A stretch of 63,733 nucleotides of DNA, counting the filler, from Sphacelaria rigidula (taxonomy: Eukaryota): assembly GCA_964200075.2 (NCBI GenBank). It is 7 parts of 7 records of this genome, joined end to end, with 100 filler letters (N's around TTAATTAATTAA, not from the genome) between each part and the next. Parts side by side here need not be neighbours in the genome. Positions count along the whole stretch, not along the records: positions 45,597 to 54,615 come from CAXNAA020009498.1; positions 54,716 to 63,733 come from CAXNAA020009499.1; 5 more parts are not named here. One strand, written 5' to 3'. The notes beneath the pieces are model-generated. The model saw only the letters and a list, made by a program, of their open reading frames with translations, did no database searches and was not told where the DNA came from. Positions 48,062-61,348 of the stretch are shown one piece after another. Position numbers and translations under genes: made by a program. How positions within the stretch are numbered: the stretch's first letter is position 1; every line of letters starts with the position of its first letter.

Positions 48062-50269
48062 CTGCTATGGGCGCGTCTGACCTCCCAGAATGAGCCAAAA
48101 AAGTGTCACCGATCTAAAGGACGAACAGACCGCAGATCTTGTTCATCCCCTGTATATGCACGCCGTAAAATCACCCAAAGCACTTCCGATTTGAGTGGGG
48201 TTTCCATTTCACGGTTTCGAAGTTTTCTCGCCCCGAAGTACGAACCACGGCGTGGCTCGGCTACTCACCGACTACGATGTTGGTGCTCAGTTTGGCGAAA
48301 GAAGTTAGGGTGATCGAGACAATCGCAAAAAACCTATATTTTCGTCACTTGATTCGTTATAAAACCCGGATGCTGGTGAATTAAAAAATTCCAAGCACCA
48401 AAGTTGTAGCCGTGGTTTTGGCGCAGGTGATGCAAATATTCGTTTCCCAATCGATGACCTTGGTCAGGAGTGTTTTCTGAAACAGATTGGGCTATCAGCC
48501 CAAACAAGCGCCTCCAACACTCGCCAGTTTCCACGACATGCGAAAACCCCACCCCTGTCGAAGGGCCTCAGAATAGATGACACCCATAAATGACTCTTGA
48601 TATCGCAGGTGGTTGATACATCGCATGTGTGGAATGTTCGACAGGTGTAGAATTTGAACGTTCGACCCAACCCCTAGAGGTTTCCGTGTGTGCGGATATT
48701 TACCCCCATCTGTGCATCGCTTGTGATGGTGCCAAGAGTCGCGCTCGTTCTCCTGCACCAGGTGCCATCACCACGCCACCATCGATAACGTAGATTAGAT
48801 GGCGGCAAGTGTGGACAAACTCTGAACTGAAGAAAGAAAGCCACAGAGCAAGCTGGCGTTGAAGAAGAGAGAGCAGTATCCGCAATGGCAACACACTCCA
48901 ACAGCTGTTATAGACATGATTATGAGTCGCACGAACGAAAGCAAAAATAATCTTTGCGACCTTGCAGCAGCGAAGCGAACAAACTATAAATCCAAACCTA
49001 ACCCTAACCACAACAAGGGCATACCGAGAATCCTCGGGCAAGGCGGGTGCAACGTGTTCCCTAAGCGAAGTGTGCGTTGCCAGACCTGAAATCGGTGCCC
49101 CAGGCCCCGATTCAGACAAGAACGCGTTGTGGGCATGCTAGGAGCATGCTAGGAGCACAGCTCCCATGAAAAGATCTGGATTTCCGTGTTGGCACTCAAA
49201 TCAAGATGGACCAACTTACCCTCCCGAATGGTCAACTATACTGCGTCAAGACGGCACAAAAGACAGGATAAAGTCGTCGGCCCACTTTTGCTGGAGTCAC
49301 ATGGCACCGAAGCCTCATTCATGTCTTTCAGTGCACCAACTCGTCTCAAGACACGCGTCCGTTGTATCGGCAGTGGTGGGTGACGGCCGACGGTTTGTTT
49401 TCATTCCCTCTTGGAACACGAAATCTTGGGAGTCCGATGAAAATAATGCATATTCATGAAATGAAAGGGCATACCCACGGAACAACAAATACACTTGCAC
49501 AGGGCGAGCCATTCATCCGCTAAAATTGTAGAACGATGGGGTCCGATAAATCAAACTCTTCGAGACATAACACGGGAGTCGACGAACATCCGCCCAGCCT
49601 ACATGACACACCCAGTGTAGGGGCCATCCTCATTGAAGTTCATCAGTACATATGATTCTGTCGCATATTAAGCATATTAGTTTGCCCCAATTTTTAATTT
49701 TCAATCCGCGTTCCATAAAATAAATGGTCCAACGTTCCGGTTTCAGTTACTATACCGGCGTTGGACTACAAATGTTCATGGTTGATATTACTTGGTTTGC
49801 ATGGTTGATATTACTTGGTTTGAATGTGTACAACGAGAATCGGAATTCAAGTAGGACTGACAGTCCCGTGGGCTCCTCGTATGNNNNNNNNNNTTTCGTT
49901 GAAATCGGCGCCACAGGCGTAGATTTGGGGTCTGCCAAGGCCTCACTTTGTTTAGAGAATGTATGTACCGCCCTTGCCCGAGGGTTCTCGGTGTGCGTTG
50001 GGTTGGGTCAACCCAACTAGCCTCCTAGCATTCCAACGTATCGCAAGCGCGGACGAAAAGCGACGCAGTGGCATGCAAGATATGAGGAACATCAAGGGAA
50101 GTAAAGGTAGAGCTTTTTTATCCATGTCGTTCTCTTCCGATGACGTAAGGCGTATTTTACCCGACGGGCCTAGACAAGCCCCAAAAGTCGATCTGTTCGT
50201 GTCTTTTCGTGGCTTTGGTCGATGACACATTTGTTGCCCATTTGGGGGGGTCAGGCGCGCCCATAACTG
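48062..50269 (+). mobile_element. Non-autonomous TIR DNA transposon (~2.2 kb, ~70-bp imperfect TIRs) flanked by microsatellites
   Basis: The right end GGTCGATGACACATTT...GGGGGGTCAGGCGCGCCCATAACTG is the reverse complement of the left ends at 46080 and 48062. CTA repeats flank both sides, and no transposase ORF was recognised. Confidence 0.8.
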
Positions 50270-50321
<52 letters not shown>

Positions 50322-50692
50322 CCCTCTTCCTCCTCCTCCTACCAACATCGGGATTCATCCCCGGAACCCATGTAGTGGTGGAGGTGATACCCCGAACCCG
50401 TGAAATACGACATTATTCTGCGAAGACCATGCCCCACGTGCTCAATGATACGCTTGCATGCTTCGCCGGACGGACGACGGACGAGGTACATTGGTCGGAT
50501 TAATTGGTATCTTCTCGCCTTTTAGATTCCTGTAACGTGTCAGTATCACATGTTTGAAAGACGTTTGATTCTAATCACGGGGTTTCGACGCACAAGCCGT
50601 CCTATGACTTCTTCAATACCTCCTCACATACAAACGATACATTGACGCGGACCCTCGTCTTTTTCGCTCTTCCGGTACCATAAACTCTGCAG

Positions 50693-50819
50693 GGATTATG
50701 GCCAGCGTTCTGGATGATGCCTCAGGACAACGTGTACGGCGCGTGGGCCGCGTCGGGAGAGATCGACATTTTCGAGAGTAGGAACGACTTCACCGAGGTT
50801 ACCAACAATTTGAATTTTG
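50693..50819 (+). CDS. Internal exon of a glycoside hydrolase family 16 (laminarinase/beta-1,3-glucanase-like) gene
   Basis: CTGCAG|GLWPAFWMMPQDNVYGAWAASGEIDIFESRNDFTEVTNNLNF(G)|GTGAGA contains the WPAFWM and EIDIxE catalytic motifs. Other exons were not located in this scaffold. Confidence 0.9.
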
Positions 50820-51724
50820 GTGAGAATGTGACATCGGTGGTGAGACTCCAGAAACTGCGTGCATTTTCTGTGTGCGTGCTTCTTTTTTCTCTTTTTTTTT
50901 TTCTTGTTCCCCTTTTTGAGTTTTCGATTTCATGCTATGTATACGAAGTATTTATTATGCACCGTTTTTTCTGCTAGGTTTGGAATGGTTTCACTTGTAA
51001 GATTGCCGACATTTGTTCATTTGTTTGTCGTGGTGGAGTTGATCGATTGGTTGTTCGATCGATTGCTTTGGTTGTCGTTTGTTTACCGATCCACCACAAG
51101 TGTGACGGAAGCCAGGATACGGACCCACGGACATCTTGACACGGCGCGGAGGAGGTCATTGTGTTGATAATACTCTCTCTGTCTCACCGCCGCAACAAAC
51201 CATATCTCTCTGCGTGCACGGTGTCACGAGATTGAAGCACTATTAACACAACACAGCAAACAGAAACACAAGCCGGACAGTCAGAGAATGACTAAATCAA
51301 TCCTACGTGCTAGCGGGAAATGAGCGTGTTGCTGGTGGGTGGTGTTCCGATCGCAGTGTGCTAAGACAAAGTACACACAGTACTCACTCAACATTCACGG
51401 TCATTCTGAGGATATGTACAGTAAGTATGCCCGGGGCAGGATTAGCGCTCAGAGATATGCATTATGCTCGACGAGGCTCCAGTGTCATGAAATCGAAGCA
51501 CGACAGCACAACAGCACATTCAAAACCGACCGGTGCCGACCAACGAATCGCCGAATCCGACGTGTTGCGAAGACTAAGCGTGATTTTGGGCACAATTCTC
51601 AACACCCGGTCGTGTTCGATATGTATATATATATATAAATACGTACAGAAAAGGAAATGTCACGATACGGCGAGGCTTTGTCTCGCGAAAATATGTCCGG
51701 CCGCGGCTAAGAGTGCCATTTGTT

Positions 51725-52300
51725 CATGAGCTCGCATGCCGCAGTCATAAGACCATCGACCTCGCATCCCTACAACGCCGGGAAGGAGCACGTCGGGTTG
51801 TCGCTCGACCAGGCTCGCAGTCACCAATCACGAAGCCCCGTGATATGCTGGTCGAGTCATATGAAGGATGAGCTGCATCCTGCGAAGACTGTTCGGCCCG
51901 AAGCGTGCTGGCTATTTTGCAAGTGGAAGGCAGTCTCGAACAACTTGCTTCGTTTTCCGGTATCGCCACTTCCAGAGACAGCCATGGCTTATACGCCGCC
52001 TCACTAGGCGTGAAGCGATGGTACTCCCGAAACGCCGTTTTAGCCCATAAAGATCGAGCAGAAATCAGGGGGAATGTCTCATCGCGCAAGGGTTTGAGAC
52101 GCCATGTAGACGGTAGTGCAGCACTCACGTGACACCCAGGCAATTCGAGCATGATACCTCTATCTGCGTCCTCACCGTGCTCTGGCCTTTTTCTGTACAT
52201 ATTTTGGAACACGACTGTGCGTTTAGTATCGTACACAAGATCATGCTGCGATGGAGTACCACCCGCCAGCAACATGCTCATATCTCGCGAGTTCATCTGA
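51725..52300 (-). mobile_element. Family B non-LTR retroelement fragment (longest copy)
   Basis: Reverse-complement homology to 400-750 and 6860-7125; the upstream part translates to a possible degenerate knuckle (HGEDADRGIMLELPGC). Confidence 0.6.
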
Positions 52301-52492
52301 TTTGGACAATTTCTTTATTGTCCAGTTTGTGTTTCGGTTCGGGTTAGGAGGGTTAGGGTGAGGCCGAATATGATGCGTGTATCACTGTGCTCGCCCTGTC
52401 CCTGGCTTCCCCGTCGATATCTCAACCACGGCGATGCCCCACCTATCATGCTCAACAACGCGTGCAAATGAACAGTACCCGTGAGGAAGCAT

Positions 52493-52616
52493 AATCCTTT
52501 TGGAACCCATGGACAAATTTTGCTTTTTGTGAATCGCCATTATTTTCATTCATTTTGAAGTCAAAATTATGCCGCTTCACATCAACAAAGATCGTCGATG
52601 GGTTCCCAAAGGGTTA
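52493..52616. mobile_element. piggyBac-like MITE
   Basis: AATCCTTTTGGAACCCATGGAC...GTCGATGGGTTCCCAAAGGGTTAA inverted ends. Confidence 0.6.
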
Positions 52617-53294
52617 AAACCCCTTTTCTTGCTGACCCTTCGTGTTTGGCCGTGCTTCGACTGGTGTACAGTTTGTGCTTCGTGTTCACTGTATTGTAGT
52701 GCTTCAAGCTCGTGACGCCGTGCACCCCGAGAGCACTTGGTTGCCGCGGCGGCAAGAGGGAGAGTTCGTCATCAACACAATTACCACCTCCTCTGTGCCG
52801 TGTGTGACGATGTCTGTGTGGCGAGGGCGGGTCTCGGAAAAAAATGGAGAACGCTGCGATGACTTATGCTGCGATTGGGGTGAAGCATGACCCATCTTGG
52901 ATCTTTCACGGTCGAAATCGGGCTGCGGCCAGAAAGGGGTCAAGGCCCGGAACGCTTAATCGAAAGTAATCAATCTGCTCTCGCTGTGGTCTGCAGATTT
53001 GGGGGCGTAAGTGATGGCTGTCGTGGGTCTTGTGTCACGGGAGTGTCGAACGTACGCGAAGGAAGTGTAAACGACGCACTCACATAGAAAGACATGAAAC
53101 TAACTTGAGTCGTTGTGTATTTCCGGCGCCCACCTTGTTTATTTCGTCCCTTTCTACTTTCCTCCTCGTCCTCTTCTTCGTCCGTCTCGAATGGGATGAG
53201 TGGTCAATGACCAAACGACTATTACGGTGGCGTATAGTTAGTGAAGGCTCGACGCCAAATCTCTGTTTTTCGGGCGACTGGAACGTTCTATAGC

Positions 53295-54315
53295 TGAAGA
53301 GAACCGCATCAATGAGTGTCACGCAGGAGAAAAAAAAAGAAGGAAGCATATTTTCGTCATGAGTTATGCCGTAATATCCTTGATTTTGGACGTTACCCTT
53401 GGGCTTGCTCGGGGTAATGGTCTGAACAAATATTTCATTATATAATCGTCGACTTTGATCGGAATATAACAAACGATGGCTAAAAAGAACCGCATAAATG
53501 AGGGTGTCACGCAGGAGAAAAAAACAGGGAAGAAGTATTTTCGTAACGAGATATACCTTGATACCAATGATTTTGGACGTCACCCTTGGGCTTGCTCGGG
53601 GTAAGAGTCTGAATAAACGCTTTACTGTAGAGTCGTCGACTTTGATTGGAATATAACAACCGATGGCTTGAAAAACCCGCACCAATAAGAATGTCACACA
53701 GGAGAAGAAAAAACGGGGGAAAAGTAGTTTTGTAATGAGTTATCCCTTAATATCCATGAATTTGGACGTTACCCTTGGGCTTGCTCGGCGCAAGAGTCTG
53801 AACAAATATTTTATTATATTATCGTCAATTTTTGATTGGAATATAACAAACGATGGCTTGAAAGAAGTGCATCAATAAGGGTGTCACGCAGGATAAAAAC
53901 TAAGGGGGAAAAAATATTTTCGCAACGAGATATGCCTTAATATCCATGGTTTTGTACGTCACCCTTGGCCTGGCTCAGGGTAAACTTTTGAGCGAATATT
54001 TTACTGTAGAATGATCCATTTTGATCGGAATATAACAAACGATGGTTTAAAAAGCCGGAGGGATACGGGTTTCACGCAGGAGGAACCAAAAATACGAAAA
54101 AAAAATTCGTAATGAGTTATGCCGTAATATCCATGATTTTGGACGTCACCCTCGGGCTGGCTCGGGGTAAACTTTTGAACGGATATTTGACTGTAGAATG
54201 ATCAATGTTGGTTGGAAAATAACAGCCGATGGCCTAGAAGAATCGCATAAATGAGGGTGTCACAGAGGAGAATACAAAAGGGCAAAACATGTTTTTGTAA
54301 TGAGTTATGCCGTAA
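53295..54315. repeat. Tandem array of ~188-bp units (~5.4 copies)
   Basis: (G/T)TCAC(G/A)(C/G)AGG recurs at ~53318, 53506, 53693, 53883, 54071 and 54259; TTG(G/T)ACGT(T/C)ACCCT(T/C)GG(G/C)CT(T/G)GCTC is conserved in each unit. Confidence 0.93.
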
Positions 54316-54615
54316 ACCCTTTTGGGACTGAAGCTCACCAACACCACGTTCACGACGTGTTAGTAAAATAATAATAAACAAGTCTGGGAGCGACCTGTCC
54401 AATCAGGGCGGGGTGAAATTTATCGACCATATCAGAACGACCAATGGGGAGGGGGGGGCTGTTGCCGGGAGTGATGCCACTGCAAAATGATGTACCCTGT
54501 CCCTGGCCCACAAAAAAGCCGTCGAAGCAAAAGAAAGCCCACGTTGTCGGGGCTCGGATTCCCGAATTCTTCATCATTTACTTGAATTTTATGTAGGCCC
54601 GACCTCCCATCCCCC

Positions 54616-54715
54616 NNNNNNNNNNNNNNNNNNNNNNNNNNNNNNNNNNNNNNNNNNNNTTAATTAATTAANNNNNNNNNNNNNNNNNNNNNNNNNNNNN
54701 NNNNNNNNNNNNNNN
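54616..54715. other. Artificial scaffold-joining spacer
   Basis: N-run containing TTAATTAATTAA. Confidence 0.97.
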
Positions 54716-56687
54716 ATAGCACCATCCTCAATATAGATGATTGGCTGTTAAAACACCCCCCCCGCGCGCGCACGCGCGCCTGTAGTAGCATCATCACTCA
54801 CTCGGTTGTCGACATGCGAGATCAGAGTGTCACCCGAAAAAGGATGAATTTTACAAAACGAAGAAGAAACCCACCGTTCCGTGTCTCGAGCCGTCTTGAG
54901 TACTTCGCGCCCCGTAGCGTCCTCTACAACAGAAGGATTCGAGGATCTCTTGTACGCTGTTTGGCTATATCGTGTTTGTCGTGGCGGGAGAGACCCGCAG
55001 CTGACAAAGAGTGACCCTCCCCTACCCCACTGCATCAAATATTTATTTCGCACAATATTTATGCCGTCATCACAATATCGTCCGGTACGACCTGGTGGCG
55101 GCAGTAAGAGGGATGGCGTGATATGATTCAACACGTTATCTGAGGTTTTGCTCGATTGACCTGAAATTTGATATACGCACGTTGCTGACGTGAAGGCGAG
55201 ACCGGCGATGGTAACAAAAATACATGTTTCATAACGCGACTCGTGGTTATCCGTAAGTTACGCCCAAACGAATATTTTTGGCCGTACTTTCAGCTTCACC
55301 TCTGATTATTATTTCACGGCATGGGTATATCACGGCAGCATTGAACAGCACCGGTAGCTATGTGTCTTGACCATATAGCACATGATTAGTTGTCTCAGTT
55401 GACTTCATATAGCGGTCAGAGATATCGTCAGCTGCGTGCGCACGGTGTTCGAGCACAGAAGATATTGTCGAAATGATCAGTAAAACATCGATTGTAAGTA
55501 AGCACGGCGGTTTCGCCACACATGGCTCTTCTTGATGGCGGATTCTTGCTCTCTGGGCCTTGGACTGTTGTACAACACACTTGCGGTTCAAAACCTTGCT
55601 GCAATATTGTGCTGTAGGTATCACGTAATCTGCGTACAGTGTCTGGAGTTGATATCCTGTTGACCAGCCTTGTCTTCGTGTTTGAAACCCAGCACAACAC
55701 TCTACCTCGTGTTGGATACAGGTTCTAGCACAAGAGTAAAACTAAGAGTCATGAACACCCTACTACTCCGTCGCGTTGTTTACTTCACGACATGAAAGAA
55801 ATCCCGTGAAACCTTCGGTAATGGATCTCTTACGATCTGAAGATTCCGTGCATCCCTCCCTACCTTGTTCCGATACGCTGTAAAACGCCCGCGATTTCTC
55901 CACTTGATAGCACACCGCCGTCAACTCGTCCTGTCAAGCTACTATTGTCCTACAGCAGTTCTCAGTCTACCGTAAAGCGAAGTCAGTGGGATTTTCCATT
56001 GGACTTGAACAAAGGTGTTTAGCTGACGACGTCAGACTGATCACACCAAAACTTGTGTCATGGTATACCGATGATTTTGAGTTTATGTACATTGCGTTGG
56101 GGATGTAGGCAGTGATGTTTTTCGAGAGTATAAGTCTCCCGTAACACCATGGGGTTGGTCTGCGCGCGGGGACGCACGCGGGAGGGAAGGGGGGTGGTAA
56201 ACACAAAGTAGAGACAACTCCGCCCCTCCTTGTCCCACGCCACCTCATTTAGCTCGGAAACACATCGATTGTAATTTGCTCCTGACATATGTGATACATG
56301 TCAGTCGGTTTTAAATTCGGCCATACTCCCTGCGTGCTGCAGTTTGTCCCGAAGAAGTGAGGGTCAGGTTGTCCAGAAACGCGCGACACTCGTCATCATC
56401 TACGAAAATACAGAGGCGTTTTAAGCTATATCAAAATGTAATAAAAATGGCCGGCAAAACACTCCGCGTGTCCTTCTCTCTCGAATAGGTAATAATAGTG
56501 AAATTCGAAAGCGTGGTTCGCTGCAAGTACCAGATAACGTCCCGAACCTTGCGACTCGAATCTAGGTGCAAAAAATACAGTCCAGTCCCTTCAGTGCGCA
56601 ATACGCCACACGTACACACACACACACTGCCACACGCAAGCACGCACTCGACAGCAATAGCCAAAGAGAGATCACTCATAGGACACC

Positions 56688-56719
56688 ATGGCAAACGTTC
56701 TGCGCGCGTCGAACATCAG
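56688..56719 (+). CDS. PK: Pyruvate kinase exon 1 (MANVLRASNI-S)
   Basis: ACC-ATG context and AG|GTACGA donor. The phase-2 end joins exon 2 in frame to give [34 protein letters not shown]. Confidence 0.75.
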
Positions 56720-59700
56720 GTACGAGGGGCCTAGCTGCCTAAGTGTTTGTCGTTCGCAAGTAAAAGGTGCGCCGAAGCAGGGGAATGAATGAGAGCAGAG
56801 GAGGGAATGTACTGTGCGCTTCTCTGTCTTGCTGTGCTCGTCCCTTCTCTGTCCCTTACTATAAACAGAACAGCATTACGCCGCAAAAGGCGTGAAAAGT
56901 GCAGCACGGGGTCGGCGGGCTGTGTGTGTGTGGTCAGTTGCTTACCGAACTGCTGCCGCTGTTGCGACAAACGTCAACCACGTATCGCGGAAGTGCCGTA
57001 GAGTAGGGCCAGGTCTACCATGTGTGACCCCTGTTTTGACCTAGGTGGGTGCTGCTGCTTGCGGCCGATGCACCTTGATTTTTGTTTGGCTAGAGACAAC
57101 AATCCCACAAGCTACAGAACGTACAACGAGGTTCTAGGATTTTCGGGTCTTCGTTGTATTTGCGTCCTCGATTTAAGTCTTTCGCGTCTCGCAATGTCTT
57201 CTGAATGTAAATGGCCCCAGTGGGACTGAGAGGGTGAAGTAGGTATGCAACGATAGTCGTGGGTACATTGCCCGGTGAAAGCAACTCCGCCTGGGCTTCT
57301 TGGCCTGTGTGATGTGGTGCACAGTATCGCGGGTAAAGAAGAGTACGGTTGCGCCGCCTCTAGAGCTCTGTAGTGCTGACCAAGGCCTCCGTTTCGCAGT
57401 CCGGTACACTACAGACAGTACAAACCAACAAACAGAACTGTGGCCTTCTTCGGGACCTACTCACTCCGACATGCCTGACGTGCTCTGTTCTGTTTTGTGC
57501 GGAATGATGGAATTATGTTGGAAACGCTTGAAGACAGCAAACATGCCCGTTGTTCTGTTTTCGTTTCACCTGGGTGTGTGTGGACATGAGGGTACATACA
57601 CGAAACCAGATCATAGTACAGTCCTTGAAAGTGCACTGTGTAAAAATACAGTCCAGTACACCAGCGTCCAGACGTATGATCGAGCACCGTGTATGCAAAT
57701 CGTACATCACGACAGTACAGTACAGCGGCACTGATGCATGCCACCCCTACCCCCTTCATGTGTACCGCACTGTATCGTCATGCTGCCAGTGTCTCATCTG
57801 TATTGGAGTGATTGTACAGACATTGAAGCACAGCGCGGTGCGATACAGCGCAACAGCGGCACTTGCTGCAGTGGTATTGCATCCCGGCCATACGCTCACA
57901 TAGGACGCTGGTCGACTTTGTCAAAACGAACTCCGATACAGCGAGAAGGTGGTTCAACTGGGCAAACCTGGGTGTTTCATGTGACGCCGAAAATATCCGT
58001 CGATCTGGACGCGGCAAAATTACAAATCCAAACTGCCGATGACGTACCGTGTCCAAATCTCTCCACCCCTTGGATAGGACACAGATAACCACAGTCTGAA
58101 GTATGCGCCTTTGTTTGCCTTCCTTTGCTGACTGTATGTAGTACAATGGTGGCGACCGAAGCCAGGCAGTCCCTTATCACTGTAGCACAATGGAAGACTC
58201 TTACGCAGTAGTACGTCATGATACAATCGATTGCGATGGATTCATCATACGACCAGCGGAGTAGATACTGACGGCATGGATATGCTTGCACCCGTACTTG
58301 ACAGTTTTGATGTACCGCCTGTAGTGCGACACGGCTAGATTCGTCCGCCTCTTACCGATATTTTGCTTGGGCCTGGCCACAGCAGGCTCGCAGGTAGTGT
58401 TTGAGCGTGTACTGGAAGGCGACACCAACTGCAGTTAACCTTAGCGGACTTCGTTCTGGTGAGCACCAGTGCATACGTTCACCCTTCGAGTGTTGAGTAT
58501 TGCATTCTGATACCGCTGTACTCTGCTGTGCTTTTTTGGTCGAAACTACGGTCATTCACCGCAGCCCGTGAGTTCCCCGACTGCCTCACATGTATCAAAT
58601 TTTTGCGCACGCGGACAAGATATTGACTACTATTGTGCTGTAAAGTCGCAGATCAAGGAGAAATACGGAAGACTTGGCCGTCGGGTTGTTTTTTTTCTCC
58701 CCAAAACGCACACACGTCTGGCGTCGGCTCAAACAAACTTGAGAGCTCTCCACTCCATGTACCATCACCAGACACCCGCATGGCGGTAATAACTGGAACC
58801 CATCGTGCGAGTCCATAACCGGTACGTTGCATTTCGCGCCTCTTGACCCAACCTGTATAAAAAAAACTGGCGTGTGTTTTGTCCTGCCGACGAGGAAATC
58901 GTCCTGGACCCTCACTGCTGACACAGAGCCATATGATTCGTACATGAACTTTTACAGATTTTTCCTACGGTGTTTCGCCATTATCCGGGTACCGAATAAT
59001 GGACTTCATCTGGACACAAACATGGAATTCTCGTCGGCCCTCGCTCTCATCAAAAACGGAGCTTGAAGAAGTTGACGGTCGCAGCTGTAGACACTGGATT
59101 ACTGACTGCGGAAGAGGTTTCTAAAACTCGAGATTCTCGATATATATTTTTATTTTGAAAAATCATGTGAAATACAAGGTCCTGGAATATCAAGTCTGAG
59201 ATACGTCTAGAGATATGTTGGCGTGTTCGCTGTCGAAAATCCACGGTTCGAACACGTACTACTGATGAAAGCGTCGAAACTTCTTTTCTCCTCTGGAAGG
59301 GGTGTCTCGGACTGTCGTGAGTGCTCCGGCGTGTGCGCAGTATAGCAGGCGCTCCCGCTCAAGGCGGCGTCGCATGCGTTCTGCCGACGCACATGTTGTC
59401 TCGGGACGGTTTCCACCCCCCCCCTCCCCCTCGTCCGTCTCGAAAGGAATGCGGGATCAATGGTATCAGCAAGGCGAGCAATAGATGAGTACGCCCCCCC
59501 CCTCCTTGACCCACGGGCTCCAACCTGAGAACTTCAGTTGTGGTTATGGTTTGACACAGGAGCACTACGCATGGATCGAACCACGGGTTCATGGGCTATC
59601 GATGAGGGGCTCTCATGAACGGGGCTCTCGATTATGCTTGTTGCAAAATGTATGCATCGTCACCAGGTTGTGCTGCTTGCTGCTGCCTTCGCGACCTCTC

Positions 59701-61107
59701 TGCGGTCGTTCATTCTTTCTCCAATCGTGTAAACATGTTCCCACTTTTTTTGCCCTTCCTCATCATGAGGCCCGAGGCCCGTCAGGGGCACTTGTCATGT
59801 GTCGGGAGAACTGCCTTTTTTGGCCCTTCTCCGTCGTTTGACACCCGAAAATAGGGCTTCGCGAATGTTGACATCACAGAGTGACTTACTTTATTCGTTG
59901 TGACTGATCCACGAGACGTGTGCGTTTTCAAGTGGCTGAAACCTTGTCGTTGTTGCGAAACTTCCATTATCAACAGCGGTAATAATGAAAAAATGTGGCT
60001 ACCGGAAAGCCCCAAAGTTGTCGCATAGTCTTTCCGAAGGCGTCAAAATTGCAGTTTTATACAAGATTTTTTTTTTATACACGAGCAGTGACCTCATGCA
60101 AGAAAAAAATGGCTTTCGGCTCGTTTTGCGTCATCTTACACCCTTGGAGAGGGGTAGACAGAAGGAGTAAAAAGGCGGATTTCAAGGAAATATATATATA
60201 TATATATTTGGTGATGCCCGAGAAGTGACATGAACTGATTTTTGGTACCGATGATGCTTGTCGTTTTACCTCTCTTTCTGGATGTTTTTTCGAGTTTCGG
60301 TCGGTTTTTGCTCCATCGGTCGTTCCAGTGACTATCCCCCTCTTGACAGACGGCTTCGAGGAGTATTCGAACGACGTCTGCAATGGCCTACCACGCAGAC
60401 TAGGTTCTTGTAGGTCGTGCCATTTCGGTCGAACCAAACAGTAAAAGAGTGGTGGTTTGTCGCTAGCGTTCCTCTCTGTGGTGGTGCATGTACGAAGAAA
60501 TCAGCACGCTCAGAAAAACATTCAATGGAACAAGACACGAAAGCGCCTCCTCTTTCGATCACACCGAATCCTTACTAATATAAAAACATGACCGGTGGTG
60601 GAATACTCTTGAGCTTTACAACACTCGCGTTAGCCCCCCACATGATCCATTTGGGGACCGATCTATGGTAGACCCAAGAAAAAAATCTCCCCTCTAGACA
60701 CTCGCGGGGCTTAAAAATCCAGCTGCGCTCTCCCGAGAGGATTCTAGCGCGCACTCTTCCATCTCGCGTGCTCCCACTTTCCCTTTTGGTCCGATCAGCA
60801 ATTCCATATAACAAACCCCGAAGAAGACGTTTTGTCTCTGGGAAGTGAATACGTGCGTTTGGCGAAGATTTTTGGAAAAATATTCGGAGGATCGTCGTGC
60901 GCTGTTCGCGAAGTTGCTCGTCCTTCCAAAAGTTGAACTGGTGTGAGCTGCTGTTGATACCAATACATCGTGGTCAAAATATATGTGGTAACGTTGAACT
61001 TCTCGCCGTCTCAACCGCCCACTGTCCCGGAAAATCGGATGAATCTGAGTCCTCCACCCCGCACCCCCCCGCCCCTGTAAAACTTAATGTGCCCTCCCCA
61101 AACATAG

Positions 61108-61348
61108 CCAAGAACAAATTTTCACGGACTGCGATGAGTCGAGGAGGAAATCCAAGATCATCTGCACTCTCGGTCCTGCCTGCTGGAGCGTGGAGACCCT
61201 CGGGAAGCTGGTCGATGCCGGGATGAACGTGGCGCGTCTGAACTTCAGCCACGGCGACCACGAGGGACACGCCGCCACCCTGGGCCGCCTGAGGCAGGCG
61301 CTGTCCACCCGCCGCGGGAAGCACGTCGCCGTCATGCTCGACACCAAG
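61108..61348 (+). CDS. PK: Pyruvate kinase exon 2
   Basis: [42 protein letters not shown]...[12 protein letters not shown]| acceptor and |GTAATC donor. Confidence 0.96.

Noticed and set aside
53175-53240. Downstream GH16 exon (RLEWDEW...LRW)
   Set aside because: The DNA matches the LINE family A 3' tail (CCGTCTCGAA.GGGATG.GTGGTCAATG..CAAACGACTA) and lacks splice support.
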